A stretch of 42,183 nt of DNA from Chloroflexota bacterium (GTDB lineage: Bacteria > Chloroflexota > Limnocylindria > P2-11E). Shown here in pieces: positions 8,168-18,063 of the stretch. Position 1 is the first letter of the stretch; every line of letters starts with the position of its first letter. Under the pieces are notes generated by a model. The model searched no databases. It saw nothing but the letters and a program-made list of their open reading frames with translations, and had not been told where the DNA came from. The position numbers and the translations under genes are program-made. The stretch spans positions 1 to 42,183 of the forward strand of contig JACPEQ010000042.1 of the NCBI GenBank assembly GCA_016183435.1, in the 5' to 3' direction.

Positions 8168-10609
8168 GTGCCGTCGCTACGGGTGCCGATCTCCTGGCTG
8201 CGCGAGTACGTCGAGACCGCCGTTCCGCCCGATGAGGTCGCGGAGCGCCTGCACATGGCCGGCACCGAGGTCGATCACATCGAGCGGACCGGGGCGTGGG
8301 GCGACAAGGTCCATGTCGGGCGGATCGAGGCCCTGGAGAAACACCCGAACGCCGACAAGCTGCAGCTCGCGACGGTCGGTTACGGCGACGGGCGCCGCAA
8401 GACGGTCGTCACCGGCGCGTTCAACATCTCGGTCGGCGACGTCGTCCCCTACGCGGAGACAGGCGCGGAGATCGTCGACGGCCACACCGGGGAGCGCACC
8501 GTGCTGCGTCCGCGGCCGATGCGCGGGATCGTGAGCGAGGGGATGGTCCTCTCGGCGAAGGAGCTCGGTCTCGGCGACGACCACGAAGGCATCCTCCTGC
8601 TCGACAAGGCGCTCCGCGTGGGCGCGCCGCTTCGCGACGTGCTCGGCGAGACGATCGTTCAGTTCGAGATCGCGCCGAACCGGCCGGACGCGCTGTCGGT
8701 GCTCGGCATCGCCCGCGAGGCCTCGGCGATCCTCGCGGCGCCGCTGCGGCAGCCGGCGCTCGAGCCGCTGACGTATCGCCTGGATCCAGCGCTGCTCTCG
8801 GTGCGCATCGAAGATCCGGATGCGTGCCCGCGGTTCGCGGCGGCGTACCTCACCGACGTGGCCATCGGCGAGTCGCCGGCGTGGATGCAGCAGCGCCTCC
8901 GCGCCGCGGGCATGCGGCCCATCGACGCGGTCGTCGACATCACCAACTACGTGATGCTCGAGCTCGGCCAGCCGCTCCACGCGTACGACGCCGAGCGTCT
9001 GCGCGGCCGGGCGCTCGTCGCCCGCCTCGCGCGCCACAACGAGACGCTGCGCACGCTGGACGGCGTCGACCGGATCCTGCGCCCGTCCGACCTCCTCATC
9101 GCCGACGAGGAGCGGCCGCTGGGGCTCGCGGGGATCATGGGCGGGGAGGACTCGGAGATCCGCGCCACGACCACGACCGTCGCGCTGGAGTGTGCGTCGT
9201 TCGAGCCGCGCCGGGTGCGGCGTACCACCGAGGCGCACGCCCTGCATGGATCGAGCGGGAGCGCGGCGGCCCGGCGCTTCGGCCTCGATCTCAGTCCCGA
9301 TCTGGTGCCCATCGCGCTGGCCCGCGCCGTCCATCTCCTGCGAGAGCACACCGGTGCGCGCGTCGTGGGCGCGACGGACGTGTACCCGCGTCCCCGTCAG
9401 GTACCGAACGTGCGCCTGCGGTTCAGCGACATCGGGCGCGTCCTGGGGGCGGACGTGGGCCGCGAGGAGGCGGTCGACGCCCTCCGGCGGCTTGGCTTCG
9501 CGCACGCGGAGCTCGGGGACCAGCTCGTCGTCACGCCGCCGGCGATCCGCACCGACATCGCGATCCCCGAGGACATCGTCGAGGAGGTCGCGCGCATCGT
9601 CGGGTACGACCGCATCCCCGTGCGCGTCCCGACCGGCGTCCTGCCGCTGCACGAGCGTCATCCGCTCGAGCAGCTGCGCGAGCGCGCGCGCGACGCGCTC
9701 GTCGGCTTCGGCCTGCAGGAGACGATCTCATACGCCCTCATCGATCCGGCGTGGCTCGAGCGCCTGACCCCCGATGGATCGCCGATCGCGCCCGAGCCGC
9801 TGCCGCTGGCGAACCCGACCAGCGCCGCGCAGTCGATCCTCCGTCCGACGCTGCGCGCGAGCCTGCTCGACACGGCGAGCCGGAACGTGAAGCACCGGAG
9901 GGGCGTCGCGATCTTCGAGATCGATCCGGTGTACCTCGCGCGCCGCGGCGATCTTCCTGAGGAGCGCTGGACCATCGGCATCCTCGTGGCGGGACAGGCC
10001 GAGCCGGTGCGCGAGAACGAGACGTGGCTCACCGCGGAGCGCGACTGGGACTGGCACGACATCCTCGGACTGGCGAGAGGCCTGGCCGACGCGCTCGGCC
10101 TCGGGCAGTTCGATGACCAGACCCGCCGGCCCGCGGCCGGGCTGCACCCGGCGCGGTCGTACGGCATCGAGCACCGCGGGCGCGTCGCGTTCACGATCGG
10201 CCAGCTGGACCCGAGGGTCGCCGCGATGTGGGAGCTCCCCCAGACGACGTACCTCGCCGAGATCGATCTCGCGTCGCTCCTCGACGTTCAGCGCCCGCCT
10301 CAGGCGGTCACGCCGCCGCGGTTCCCGGCGGCCTGGCGCGACCTCGCGTTCGTCGTGGATGAGGCGGTCGCCTGGGCCGGCGTCATGCACGAGATCGAGG
10401 CCGCGGGCCAGAAGGCCGGCCTCGAGCAGGTCGCGCTGCGCGACGTGTACCGCGGGCCCCAGGCGGGGGAGGGGAAGAAGTCGTTCGCCGTCCGCCTGAC
10501 GTTCAGATCCGCGACCGGGACGCTCTCCGACGCCGACGTCGACAAGGCGATCGCTCGGATCGAGGGTCGCTTGCGGCACCGCTTCGGGGCGGCCGTCCGC
10601 GCGCCCTGA
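8168..10609 (+). CDS. pheT: phenylalanine--tRNA ligase beta subunit
   Basis: KHPNADKL, PNRPDALS, VDITNYVMLELGQPLHAYD, C-terminal FDX-ACB domain. Confidence 0.98.
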   Translation: MPSLRVPISWLREYVETAVPPDEVAERLHMAGTEVDHIERTGAWGDKVHVGRIEALEKHPNADKLQLATVGYGDGRRKTVVTGAFNISVGDVVPYAETGAEIVDGHTGERTVLRPRPMRGIVSEGMVLSAKELGLGDDHEGILLLDKALRVGAPLRDVLGETIVQFEIAPNRPDALSVLGIAREASAILAAPLRQPALEPLTYRLDPALLSVRIEDPDACPRFAAAYLTDVAIGESPAWMQQRLRAAGMRPIDAVVDITNYVMLELGQPLHAYDAERLRGRALVARLARHNETLRTLDGVDRILRPSDLLIADEERPLGLAGIMGGEDSEIRATTTTVALECASFEPRRVRRTTEAHALHGSSGSAAARRFGLDLSPDLVPIALARAVHLLREHTGARVVGATDVYPRPRQVPNVRLRFSDIGRVLGADVGREEAVDALRRLGFAHAELGDQLVVTPPAIRTDIAIPEDIVEEVARIVGYDRIPVRVPTGVLPLHERHPLEQLRERARDALVGFGLQETISYALIDPAWLERLTPDGSPIAPEPLPLANPTSAAQSILRPTLRASLLDTASRNVKHRRGVAIFEIDPVYLARRGDLPEERWTIGILVAGQAEPVRENETWLTAERDWDWHDILGLARGLADALGLGQFDDQTRRPAAGLHPARSYGIEHRGRVAFTIGQLDPRVAAMWELPQTTYLAEIDLASLLDVQRPPQAVTPPRFPAAWRDLAFVVDEAVAWAGVMHEIEAAGQKAGLEQVALRDVYRGPQAGEGKKSFAVRLTFRSATGTLSDADVDKAIARIEGRLRHRFGAAVRAP

Positions 10610-10685
10610 CGGGCCCCGGGCCGTCATCCGTACCGCTACCCCCCGCGCGCGGTTTGGGTTCAGGGCCGTTCGACCCCACGAAATG

Positions 10686-10714
10686 TTGCGACCGGCACTT
10701 TTCCGGGGTACCTT
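10686..10714 (+). promoter_or_regulatory. sigma70-type promoter of the ABC operon
   Basis: TTGCGA, 17 nt, TACCTT. Confidence 0.55.
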
Positions 10715-10788
10715 GCCGCCCACTCGGCTGCCGGGGCACGCCCGCGGCGGCGCGGGCAGTTCTGGCCAACAGCAGCGAAGGAGGAGGC

Positions 10789-12570
10789 ATGGGTACCAAG
10801 ATCTGGTCTCGGGCGTTCGCTGTAGCCGCGGTCGCGGGCCTGACGTTCGCCGCCTGCGGGCAGCAAGCCGCTCCGGCGGCGACGGCAGCACCGACGGCAG
10901 GTGCGGCGACAGCGGCGCCGGCGACGCCGGCCCCGACGGCGGCGGTGCAGCGCGGTGCGGGCGGCAACCTCACGATCCTCTACTGGCAGGCGGTCACGGC
11001 GCTCATCGGTCACCACGCGCAAGGCACGAAGGACTACGACGCGGCGCGTCTCGTCGTAGAGCCGCTGGCCTCGACGGGCCCGGACGGGAAGCCGGTACCG
11101 GCTCTCGCTGCCGAGATCCCGACGAAGGCCAACGGTGGCGTCTCAGCGGATTCGACCAGCATCACGTGGAAGCTCAAGCCGAACGTCAAGTGGTCGGACG
11201 GCACTGACGTCACGTCCGCGGACGTCGTCTTCACGTGGAAGTACGTGACGAACAAGGAGACGGCGGCGACCACGGCGGGCGTGTACGCGACCGTCAAGAA
11301 TGTCGAAGCGGTCGACAAGTCCACCGTGAAGGTCACCTACGCCGCGCCGACCTCGAACCCGTACCTGGCGTTCACGGCCGGCACGGGCCAGATCATCCAG
11401 GAGAAGCAGTACAAGGACTTCATCGGCGCGAAGGCCAAGGACGGCCCGAAGATCCCGGTCGGCACCGGACCGTACAAGGTCGTCCAGTTCAAGCCGAACG
11501 ACGTCGTGACCTACGAGATCAACCCGCAGTACCGCGACGCCAACAAGCCGTTCTTCAAGACCGTCACGTTCAAGGGCGGCGGCGACGCGACGTCGGCCGC
11601 GCGCGCGGTCTGCCAGACCGGCGACGTCGACTACGCGTGGAACCTCCAGGTGGAGGCCGCGGTCCTCAAGCCGATGATCGACGCGTCCGACGGCAAGTGC
11701 AAGATGAACACGGCGCCGAGCCCGAACGTCGAGCGGATCCTCATTAACCGCTCGAACCCGGCCGCGTCGCTCGGCGACAAGCGCGGCGAGCCCGACCAGC
11801 CGCACCCGTTCCTCACCGACCTCAAGGTCCGCCAGGCGCTCGCCATGGCGATCGACCGCGGCCCGATCGCGGCCCTCTACGGTCCGACCGGCAGCGCGAC
11901 CTGCAACATGATCGTCGGCCTCGAGGCCTACACGTCGAAGAACACGGCCAGCATGTCGGTCTGCAAGTACGACCTGGCCGCGGCCAACAAGCTCCTCGAC
12001 GAGGCAGGCGCGGCCAAGGGTGCGGATGGGATCCGCGTCTACAAGGGCACGCGCATGAAGATCCTCTACGCCACGACGGTGAACCCGCTCCGCCAGAAGG
12101 AGCAGGACATCGTCAAGGCCAGCTGGACGCAGCTCGGCATCGACGTCGAGCTGAAGGCGGTCGCGGCCGGTGTCTTCTTCGGCACCGAGGGCAACGACAC
12201 CGCCGCGAAGTTCTTCTTCGACGTCGAGATGTACACCAACGGAGCATCGCAGATCACGCAGGACGACTACGTGACCAACTACATCTGCTCCGAGATCAAG
12301 ACCGCGAAGGACAAGTGGAGCGGCGGCAACTACATGCGCTGGTGCAACAAGGACTTCGACGCTCTCTACACCCAGTACACGAAGGAGCTCGATCTCGCCA
12401 AGCGCTACGAGCTGCTCGCCAAGATGAACGACATGATCGTGCAGGACGTCGCCGAGATCCCGCTGGTGAACCGCACGCAGCCCTCCGACGGGATCAGCAA
12501 GGCGCTCAAGGGCGTCATCCCGACGGCGTGGGACAGCGTCCTGTGGAACATCGCGGACTGGTCCAAGTAG
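10789..12570 (+). CDS. peptide ABC transporter substrate-binding lipoprotein (family 5)
   Basis: AAGGAGGAGG SD; lipobox-like TFAAC; Pro/Ala linker; WSDG..VTSADVVFTW, PVGTGPY. Confidence 0.93.
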   Translation: MGTKIWSRAFAVAAVAGLTFAACGQQAAPAATAAPTAGAATAAPATPAPTAAVQRGAGGNLTILYWQAVTALIGHHAQGTKDYDAARLVVEPLASTGPDGKPVPALAAEIPTKANGGVSADSTSITWKLKPNVKWSDGTDVTSADVVFTWKYVTNKETAATTAGVYATVKNVEAVDKSTVKVTYAAPTSNPYLAFTAGTGQIIQEKQYKDFIGAKAKDGPKIPVGTGPYKVVQFKPNDVVTYEINPQYRDANKPFFKTVTFKGGGDATSAARAVCQTGDVDYAWNLQVEAAVLKPMIDASDGKCKMNTAPSPNVERILINRSNPAASLGDKRGEPDQPHPFLTDLKVRQALAMAIDRGPIAALYGPTGSATCNMIVGLEAYTSKNTASMSVCKYDLAAANKLLDEAGAAKGADGIRVYKGTRMKILYATTVNPLRQKEQDIVKASWTQLGIDVELKAVAAGVFFGTEGNDTAAKFFFDVEMYTNGASQITQDDYVTNYICSEIKTAKDKWSGGNYMRWCNKDFDALYTQYTKELDLAKRYELLAKMNDMIVQDVAEIPLVNRTQPSDGISKALKGVIPTAWDSVLWNIADWSK

Positions 12571-12597
12571 GGCGTCATCACGCGGTCAGTGAGCGTT

Positions 12598-12630
12598 TCG
12601 GCGGGGGCGAAAGCCCCCGCCGAGCGTTTT
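12598..12630 (+). terminator. stem-loop after SBP gene (terminator or mRNA stabiliser)
   Basis: TCGGCGGGGGC-GAAA-GCCCCCGCCGA then GCGTTTT. Confidence 0.75.
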
Positions 12631-12657
12631 ACCGGCCTATGATCCACGGCTAACGGG

Positions 12658-13623
12658 ATGGGGAAATACCTTCTGCGGCGGCTCCTGATCGCCATCCCGA
12701 CCCTGCTGCTGATCAGCATGGTCGTCTACGCGATCCTCGCCCTCGCGCCGGGCGATCCGCTCTCGCAGTTCGGGCTCGATCCCCGGGTGCCGCCGGAGGT
12801 GCGCGAGAACATCCGGCGGCAACTCGGCCTCGATCAGCCCTGGCACGTCCGCTACGTGAAGTGGCTGATCGCCGCTCTCCAGGGCGACCTCGGCTACTCG
12901 TTCCAGAGCCGGGTCCCGGTATCCGAGCTCATTGCGCAGAAGCTGCCGAACACGCTCTCGGTGCTCGGCGTCGCGTACGTCCTCGCCGTGCTCCTGGCGA
13001 TCCCCATCGGCGTGGTCTCGGCCGTGAAGCGCTACTCGTTCTTCGACCATGCGGCTACGACGTTCGCGTTCATCGGCTTCTCCGTGCCGACGTTCTTCAC
13101 CGGCATCATCCTCATCCTCATCTTCAGCGTGAAGCTGCACTGGCTCCCATTCATCTACCAGTCGACGCTGAATGTGTCGCTGTTCGACATGGAGTCGATC
13201 CTCGCGCAGCTCAAGCAGTCGATCATGCCGATCACGGTCCTCACGCTGTTCCAGACGGCGACGCTCGTGCGCTTCGTTCGCTCCGAGATGCTGGAGAACA
13301 TGCCCCTCGACTACGTGCGCACCGCGCGCGCGAAGGGCCTGCAAGAGCGCTTCGTCGTCATCCGCCACGTCCTGCGGAACAGCCTCATCCCCGTGGTCAC
13401 GCTGATCGCGCTCGGCGTTCCCGCGATCTTCGGCGGAGCGCTCATCACCGAGCAGATATTCCGCATCCCCGGTATCGGCCTGATGCTCGTCGCGGCGATC
13501 GAGCAGAGCGACACGCCCGTCGTGATGGGCGCGACGCTGATGTTCTCGGTGCTCGTCGTCCTGTTCAACATCGTGGCGGACCTCCTGTACGGGGTCCTTG
13601 ACCCACGGATCAGGTACGACTGA
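12658..13623 (+). CDS. peptide ABC transporter permease (OppB/DppB-like)
   Basis: GDLGYSF, DYVRTARAKGL, RHVLRNSLIP, DPRIRY. Confidence 0.95.
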   Translation: MGKYLLRRLLIAIPTLLLISMVVYAILALAPGDPLSQFGLDPRVPPEVRENIRRQLGLDQPWHVRYVKWLIAALQGDLGYSFQSRVPVSELIAQKLPNTLSVLGVAYVLAVLLAIPIGVVSAVKRYSFFDHAATTFAFIGFSVPTFFTGIILILIFSVKLHWLPFIYQSTLNVSLFDMESILAQLKQSIMPITVLTLFQTATLVRFVRSEMLENMPLDYVRTARAKGLQERFVVIRHVLRNSLIPVVTLIALGVPAIFGGALITEQIFRIPGIGLMLVAAIEQSDTPVVMGATLMFSVLVVLFNIVADLLYGVLDPRIRYD

Positions 13624-13624
13624 C

Positions 13625-14560
13625 GTGGCGACGACGACGGCGAACGCGCCGCGTCTGGCTGAGGGGGAGTGGCGCCGGCCTGCCCGATCCCTCTGGAGCG
13701 ACGCGTGGCACCACTTCCGGCGGCATCGCCTCGCGATGGCCGGCGTCGTCGTCCTGGGGATCATCGTCGTCGCGACGCTGTTCGGTCCCCTCCTGTGGAC
13801 GGTCCCGTACCAGAAGCTGGACTACTCGGCGGCGCTGGTCGGGCCATCGCCCGCGCATCCGTTCGGCACGACCGACCTCGGGCACGACCTCTTCGCGCGG
13901 ATCCTGTGGGGCGGCCGGATCTCCCTCGCCGTCGGGCTGACCGCGGTGCTCATCGCCATCTCGCTGGGCACCCTCGTCGGCGCGCTCTCGGGGTTCTTCG
14001 GCGGGACGCTCGACGACCTCCTGATGCGGCTCACCGACATGTTCCTGTCGCTGCCGCAGCTGCCGTTGCTGCTCCTGACCATCTACCTGTTCCGTGACAT
14101 GTTGCGGGAGCTGGTCGGACCCGAGCTCGGGATCTTCATCCTGATCGTCACCGTCGTCGGCGCGCTCACGTGGATGCCGACGGCGCGGCTCGTGCGCGCG
14201 TCGTTCCTGTCGATCAAGCGGAAGGAGTTCGTCGAGGCCGCGCGCACCGTCGGCGCCACCGACCGGCGGATCATCGTGCGTCACATCCTCCCGAACGTCA
14301 TGAGCCCGGTCCTCGTGTCCGCGACGATCGGCGTCGGCGCGGCGATCATCACCGAGTCGGCCCTGTCGTTCCTGGGTCTCGGGTTCCCGTCCGACGTCCC
14401 GAGCTGGGGGCGCGTGCTGTACGACGCGCAGAACTTCATGGAGATCGCCCCACACTGGGCGATCTTCCCGGGGATGTTCATCTTCCTCACCGTGCTCTCG
14501 ATCAACTACATGGGGGACGGTCTGCGCGACGCCCTCGACCCGCGCCGCACCCAGCGCTGA
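13625..14560 (+). CDS. peptide ABC transporter permease (OppC/DppC-like)
   Basis: HPFGTTDLGHD, EFVEAARTVG, GDGLRDALDPR; start GTG 13625 or ACG 13616. Confidence 0.93.
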   Translation: MATTTANAPRLAEGEWRRPARSLWSDAWHHFRRHRLAMAGVVVLGIIVVATLFGPLLWTVPYQKLDYSAALVGPSPAHPFGTTDLGHDLFARILWGGRISLAVGLTAVLIAISLGTLVGALSGFFGGTLDDLLMRLTDMFLSLPQLPLLLLTIYLFRDMLRELVGPELGIFILIVTVVGALTWMPTARLVRASFLSIKRKEFVEAARTVGATDRRIIVRHILPNVMSPVLVSATIGVGAAIITESALSFLGLGFPSDVPSWGRVLYDAQNFMEIAPHWAIFPGMFIFLTVLSINYMGDGLRDALDPRRTQR

Positions 14561-15132
14561 CGCTCGCCAAGCCGCTCCCGCGCTCCTTCTACGCGCGGTC
14601 CACGCTGGTCGTCGCCCGCGCCCTGCTCGGGAAGGTGCTGGTCCACGACGGTATGAGCGACTCTCGTGCCGCGCGCATCGTCGAGGTCGAGGCTTACCTC
14701 GGCGCCGACGACCCGTCGTCGCACGCATACCGAGGCATGACGCCGCGGAACCGCCCGATGTTCGGCGAGCCCGGACACGCCTACGTCTACCTCAGCCACG
14801 GCGTCCACTTCTGCATGAACGTTGTCGCTAAGAGCGCGGGCCGCCCCGCCGGCGCGGTGCTGCTGCGCGGAGCCGAGCCGCTCGACCCCCACGACCGCCC
14901 GCGCGCTCTCGCCGGACCCGGCCTCATCGGCCGTTGGTTCGGCCTGACGACGGCGCACGGCGGCCTGGATCTCGTTCGATCCGCCCTCACGCTCCACGAC
15001 GCGCCGCCGGTCCCCGCGGCGCTCGTCGGGCGCTCGGCGCGGATCGGCCTCTCGACCGGGCACACGCTGACGAAGGCGTGGCGGTTCTACGTTCGTGGAT
15101 CGCCGGGGGTCTCGCGCGCTCCGCGACAGTAG
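14557..15132 (+). CDS. mpg: DNA-3-methyladenine glycosylase (MPG/AAG family), probable CTG start
   Basis: LPRSFY..VARALLGK, IVEVEAYLG, PGHAYVYLSHGVHFCMNVV, AVLLRG. Confidence 0.92.
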   Translation: MTLAKPLPRSFYARSTLVVARALLGKVLVHDGMSDSRAARIVEVEAYLGADDPSSHAYRGMTPRNRPMFGEPGHAYVYLSHGVHFCMNVVAKSAGRPAGAVLLRGAEPLDPHDRPRALAGPGLIGRWFGLTTAHGGLDLVRSALTLHDAPPVPAALVGRSARIGLSTGHTLTKAWRFYVRGSPGVSRAPRQ

Positions 15133-15142
15133 GCTCTGCGCC

Positions 15143-17518
15143 ATGACCGGCGAACGGACGTTGCGGATCCTCGAGCTCACGGCGGTGCGTGAGCTGCTCG
15201 CGGAGCGCACCTCGTTCACGCCCGGGCGCGAGCTCGCGCTCGGCGTCGCTCCGGCCACCGACGTCGGTGACGCCGAGCGGCTGCAGGACGAGACGCAGGC
15301 CGCGCGAGACCTCGTGCGCGCCACGCCGTCAGCCGGCCTGCGCGGCGCGCGCGACATCCGCGACGCCCTCCAGCGCGCCCGGCTGGGCGGCATGCTCGAC
15401 CCCGAGCAGCTCGTGGCGGTCACCGCGACGGTGCGCGCCGCAGAGGCGTTGTTCGCGCACGTGCGGTCGTATCCACCGCTCGCCACACGCACCCGCTTCG
15501 CGCGTCCGCCGCTGGAGGTCGCGCAGGCCATCGAGCACGCGATCTCCCCCGAGGCCGAGGTGCTCGACCGCGCGAGCGTGGCCCTGGCGAGCGCGCGCGC
15601 CGAGCTGCGGTCCGCGCAGGCGCGGCTGCAGCAGCGGGTGGATGCTCTGCTGCGCTCCCCGGCGCTCGCGAAGCTCCTGCAGGAGCCGATCGTCACGCAG
15701 CGCGGCGGCCGCTACGTCGTGCCGGTGAAGGCCGAGAGCGCGTCGCTCGTGAAGGGCATCGTCCACGATCGCTCCGCGAGCGGCGCGACCGTGTTCATCG
15801 AGCCGCTCGACATCCTCGACGCGAACAACCGCATCCGCGAGGCGGAGCTCGCCGAGCGGACCGAGGTGGAGCGGGTGCTCGACGAGCTGTCGCGCCGCGT
15901 CGAGCGCGCCGCCGACGACGAGGAGGCGATGCTGCGCGCGCTCGCCGAGCTCGACCTCATCCTCGCGCGCGCCCAGCTCGCGGAGGTCTGGGATTGCACG
16001 CGTCCGGCGCTGAACGCGAGCGGGACGATCGACCTCATCCGGGCGCGCCACCCGCTGCTCGTCGAGCAGGTCGGGGACGCCATCGTGCCGATCGACGTCC
16101 GCCTCGGCGCTGACGTGACGGCGCTCGTCATCACCGGGCCGAACACCGGCGGCAAGACGGTCACCCTCCGCACGATCGGGTTGCTGACGCTCATGGCCGC
16201 GTGCGGCCTGCAGGTCCCTGCGCAGCGCGGGAGCGCGCTGCCGGTCGTGCGGCGCGTCTTCGCCGACATCGGGGACGAGCAGTCCATCCAGCAGTCGCTC
16301 TCGACGTTCTCGTCACACCTGCGCAACGTCGTGGCCACCCTCGACGAGGCGGAGCGGGGCGACCTGGCGCTCCTCGACGAGATCGGCGCGGGCACGGATC
16401 CGGACGAGGGGGCGGCGCTGGCGATGGCGGTGCTCGAGACCCTGCTCGAGCGCGGGGTCCTCGTCGCGGCGACGACGCACTACCCCGAGCTGAAGGCGTT
16501 CGCCCTGAACACGCCCGGGGTGATGAACGCCAGCGTCGAGTTCGACCCGGTGACGCTCCGGCCGACGTACCGCGTCCACCTCGGGCTGCCGGGCGCGTCG
16601 AACGCGTTCGCCATCGCGTCGCGCCTCGGCCTCTCCGCGTCGATCCTCGAGCGGGCGCAGACGCACCTGTCGGAGCTGCATCGCTCGCTCGAGCGGACGC
16701 TGCGCGAGGCCGAGCGAGCGCGGACGGATCTCGCGCAGCAGCTCGAGTCCGCGCGCATCACCACCGCCGACGCGCAGCGCGCGCTCGACGACGCGCGGCG
16801 CGAGGCCGACCGCATCGCCGAGGAAGCGCGCGCGCAGCTGCGGCGCGCCCGCGCCGAGGCCGATGACGTCCTGCTGCAGGCGCGCCGTGCTATCCGCCAG
16901 GCCGAGGAGGCCCGGGACCGCTCGTCGCGCCGTGACCTCGTCGAGGACGCCCGAGCGGCCCTCGCGGAGGCGGAGGCCGCGCGTGAAGCCCTCTCCTCGC
17001 AGGGGGCTCCGCCCCCCGCACCCCCGGGGCTGCTCCCGACCATCGGCTCAGCGGTCTTCGTCGAAGGGTTCAGCGATCCAGGGACCCTGATGGCGGTGGA
17101 CGAGAAGGGGATGGCGGAGGTCGCCGCCGGCGCGCTGCGGCTGCGCGTGTCGGCATCCGAGCTGCGCCTCGCTCCGGCCAGCGACCGTCCCCCGGGCGCG
17201 CAGACCGAGGCGCCGCAGCGACGAGGTCGAGCACCCGGACCGAGCGAGGGGCTTCGCCCCGAGCGAGGTCGGAATGAGGTGCCGCTCCAGCTCGACCTCC
17301 GCGGCGCCCGGGCGGAGGAGGCGCTGGCGGTCCTCGACCGCTATCTCAACGACGCGGCGGTCGCCGGCTACGAGCACGTTCGCATCGTCCACGGGAAGGG
17401 GACCGGGGCGCTGCGCGCGGCCGTCCGCGAAGCGCTCGGCCAGCACCCCCTCGTGCGCGAGGTCGCCACGGCCGGCCGCTCCGAAGGCGGCGACGGCGCG
17501 ACCATCGTCACGCTCTGA
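15143..17518 (+). CDS. mutS2: MutS2 family endonuclease/ATPase with KOW and Smr domains
   Basis: ITGPNTGGKT, DIGDEQSI..LSTFS, LLDEIGAGTDP, Smr IVHGKGTGAL..GGDGAT; TAGGCT -10 lies 7 nt before the ATG. Confidence 0.97.
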   Translation: MTGERTLRILELTAVRELLAERTSFTPGRELALGVAPATDVGDAERLQDETQAARDLVRATPSAGLRGARDIRDALQRARLGGMLDPEQLVAVTATVRAAEALFAHVRSYPPLATRTRFARPPLEVAQAIEHAISPEAEVLDRASVALASARAELRSAQARLQQRVDALLRSPALAKLLQEPIVTQRGGRYVVPVKAESASLVKGIVHDRSASGATVFIEPLDILDANNRIREAELAERTEVERVLDELSRRVERAADDEEAMLRALAELDLILARAQLAEVWDCTRPALNASGTIDLIRARHPLLVEQVGDAIVPIDVRLGADVTALVITGPNTGGKTVTLRTIGLLTLMAACGLQVPAQRGSALPVVRRVFADIGDEQSIQQSLSTFSSHLRNVVATLDEAERGDLALLDEIGAGTDPDEGAALAMAVLETLLERGVLVAATTHYPELKAFALNTPGVMNASVEFDPVTLRPTYRVHLGLPGASNAFAIASRLGLSASILERAQTHLSELHRSLERTLREAERARTDLAQQLESARITTADAQRALDDARREADRIAEEARAQLRRARAEADDVLLQARRAIRQAEEARDRSSRRDLVEDARAALAEAEAAREALSSQGAPPPAPPGLLPTIGSAVFVEGFSDPGTLMAVDEKGMAEVAAGALRLRVSASELRLAPASDRPPGAQTEAPQRRGRAPGPSEGLRPERGRNEVPLQLDLRGARAEEALAVLDRYLNDAAVAGYEHVRIVHGKGTGALRAAVREALGQHPLVREVATAGRSEGGDGATIVTL
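16995..17029 (-). repeat. REP-like palindrome (family C), in-frame within mutS2
   Basis: Reverse complement CCCCGGGGGTGCGGGGGGCGGAGCCCCCTGCGAGG resembles 38910-38945, 23109-23145 and 21837-21866. Confidence 0.8.
17186..17270 (+). repeat. dispersed repeat module A plus hairpin, in-frame in the mutS2 KOW-Smr linker
   Basis: 41/42 identity to 6255-6296, followed by GAGCGAGGGGC-TTC-GCCCCGAGCGAGG. Confidence 0.88.
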
Positions 17519-17559
17519 CCGCGCTATCCTCCGCCCGGCACGATGGTCCGCTGACGCAG

Positions 17560-18063
17560 GTGGGGAGGACGGGTCCCGCAGCAGCGGATCGAGAGTCTTC
17601 ACAGGGCCCGCGGCGAAGCGCGATCCTCGTGACGCGCGATGGCCGCGGCCGTGTCTTGCTCGTCCGGCAGCGGGGCGGGCCGTTCAGGGGGACGTGGCTC
17701 CTGCCGGGCGGAGGCCTCGAGGCAGGGGAGTCCTTCGAGGACGCGCTGCGCCGCGAGGTGCGCGAGGAGACCGGCCTCGAGTGCGGGCGCGTCCGCGAGG
17801 TCGCCCGCTACGACGTCCGCGCGGGCGCGTTCCACGGTGACGTCCTCCTCTACGCGGGCGAGGCGCACGGCTCCCCGCGCATCGGAGACGACGGCGAGCC
17901 TGTCCAGTGGGCCGACGTGGACCGGGAGGAGGCGCACCCCGTCCTCTTGCGCGAGCTCGTCGATGCGGGTGTCCTTGACGTGGACGCCTCCGTCATCGAT
18001 GGTCGCGCCGCAGCGCTCGGGATCCGCATCCGGCGGATCCCTCCGGAGGAGGTCCGGACCTAG
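17560..18063 (+). CDS. NUDIX hydrolase (start uncertain)
   Basis: Nudix box PGGGLEAGESFEDALRREVREETGL. Confidence 0.9.
   Translation: MGRTGPAAADRESSQGPRRSAILVTRDGRGRVLLVRQRGGPFRGTWLLPGGGLEAGESFEDALRREVREETGLECGRVREVARYDVRAGAFHGDVLLYAGEAHGSPRIGDDGEPVQWADVDREEAHPVLLRELVDAGVLDVDASVIDGRAAALGIRIRRIPPEEVRT

Noticed and set aside
10654-10788. N-terminal extensions in the ORF track (SBP 10654, mutS2 15095, TPR 21797, ribF 33106, ruvC 25330)
   Set aside because: SD/-10 positions and homology place the true starts downstream
17555-17587. SRP RNA (CAGG...AGCAGC)
   Set aside because: Lacks the 3-bp stem with GNRA tetraloop between the motifs; kept only as an unknown hairpin
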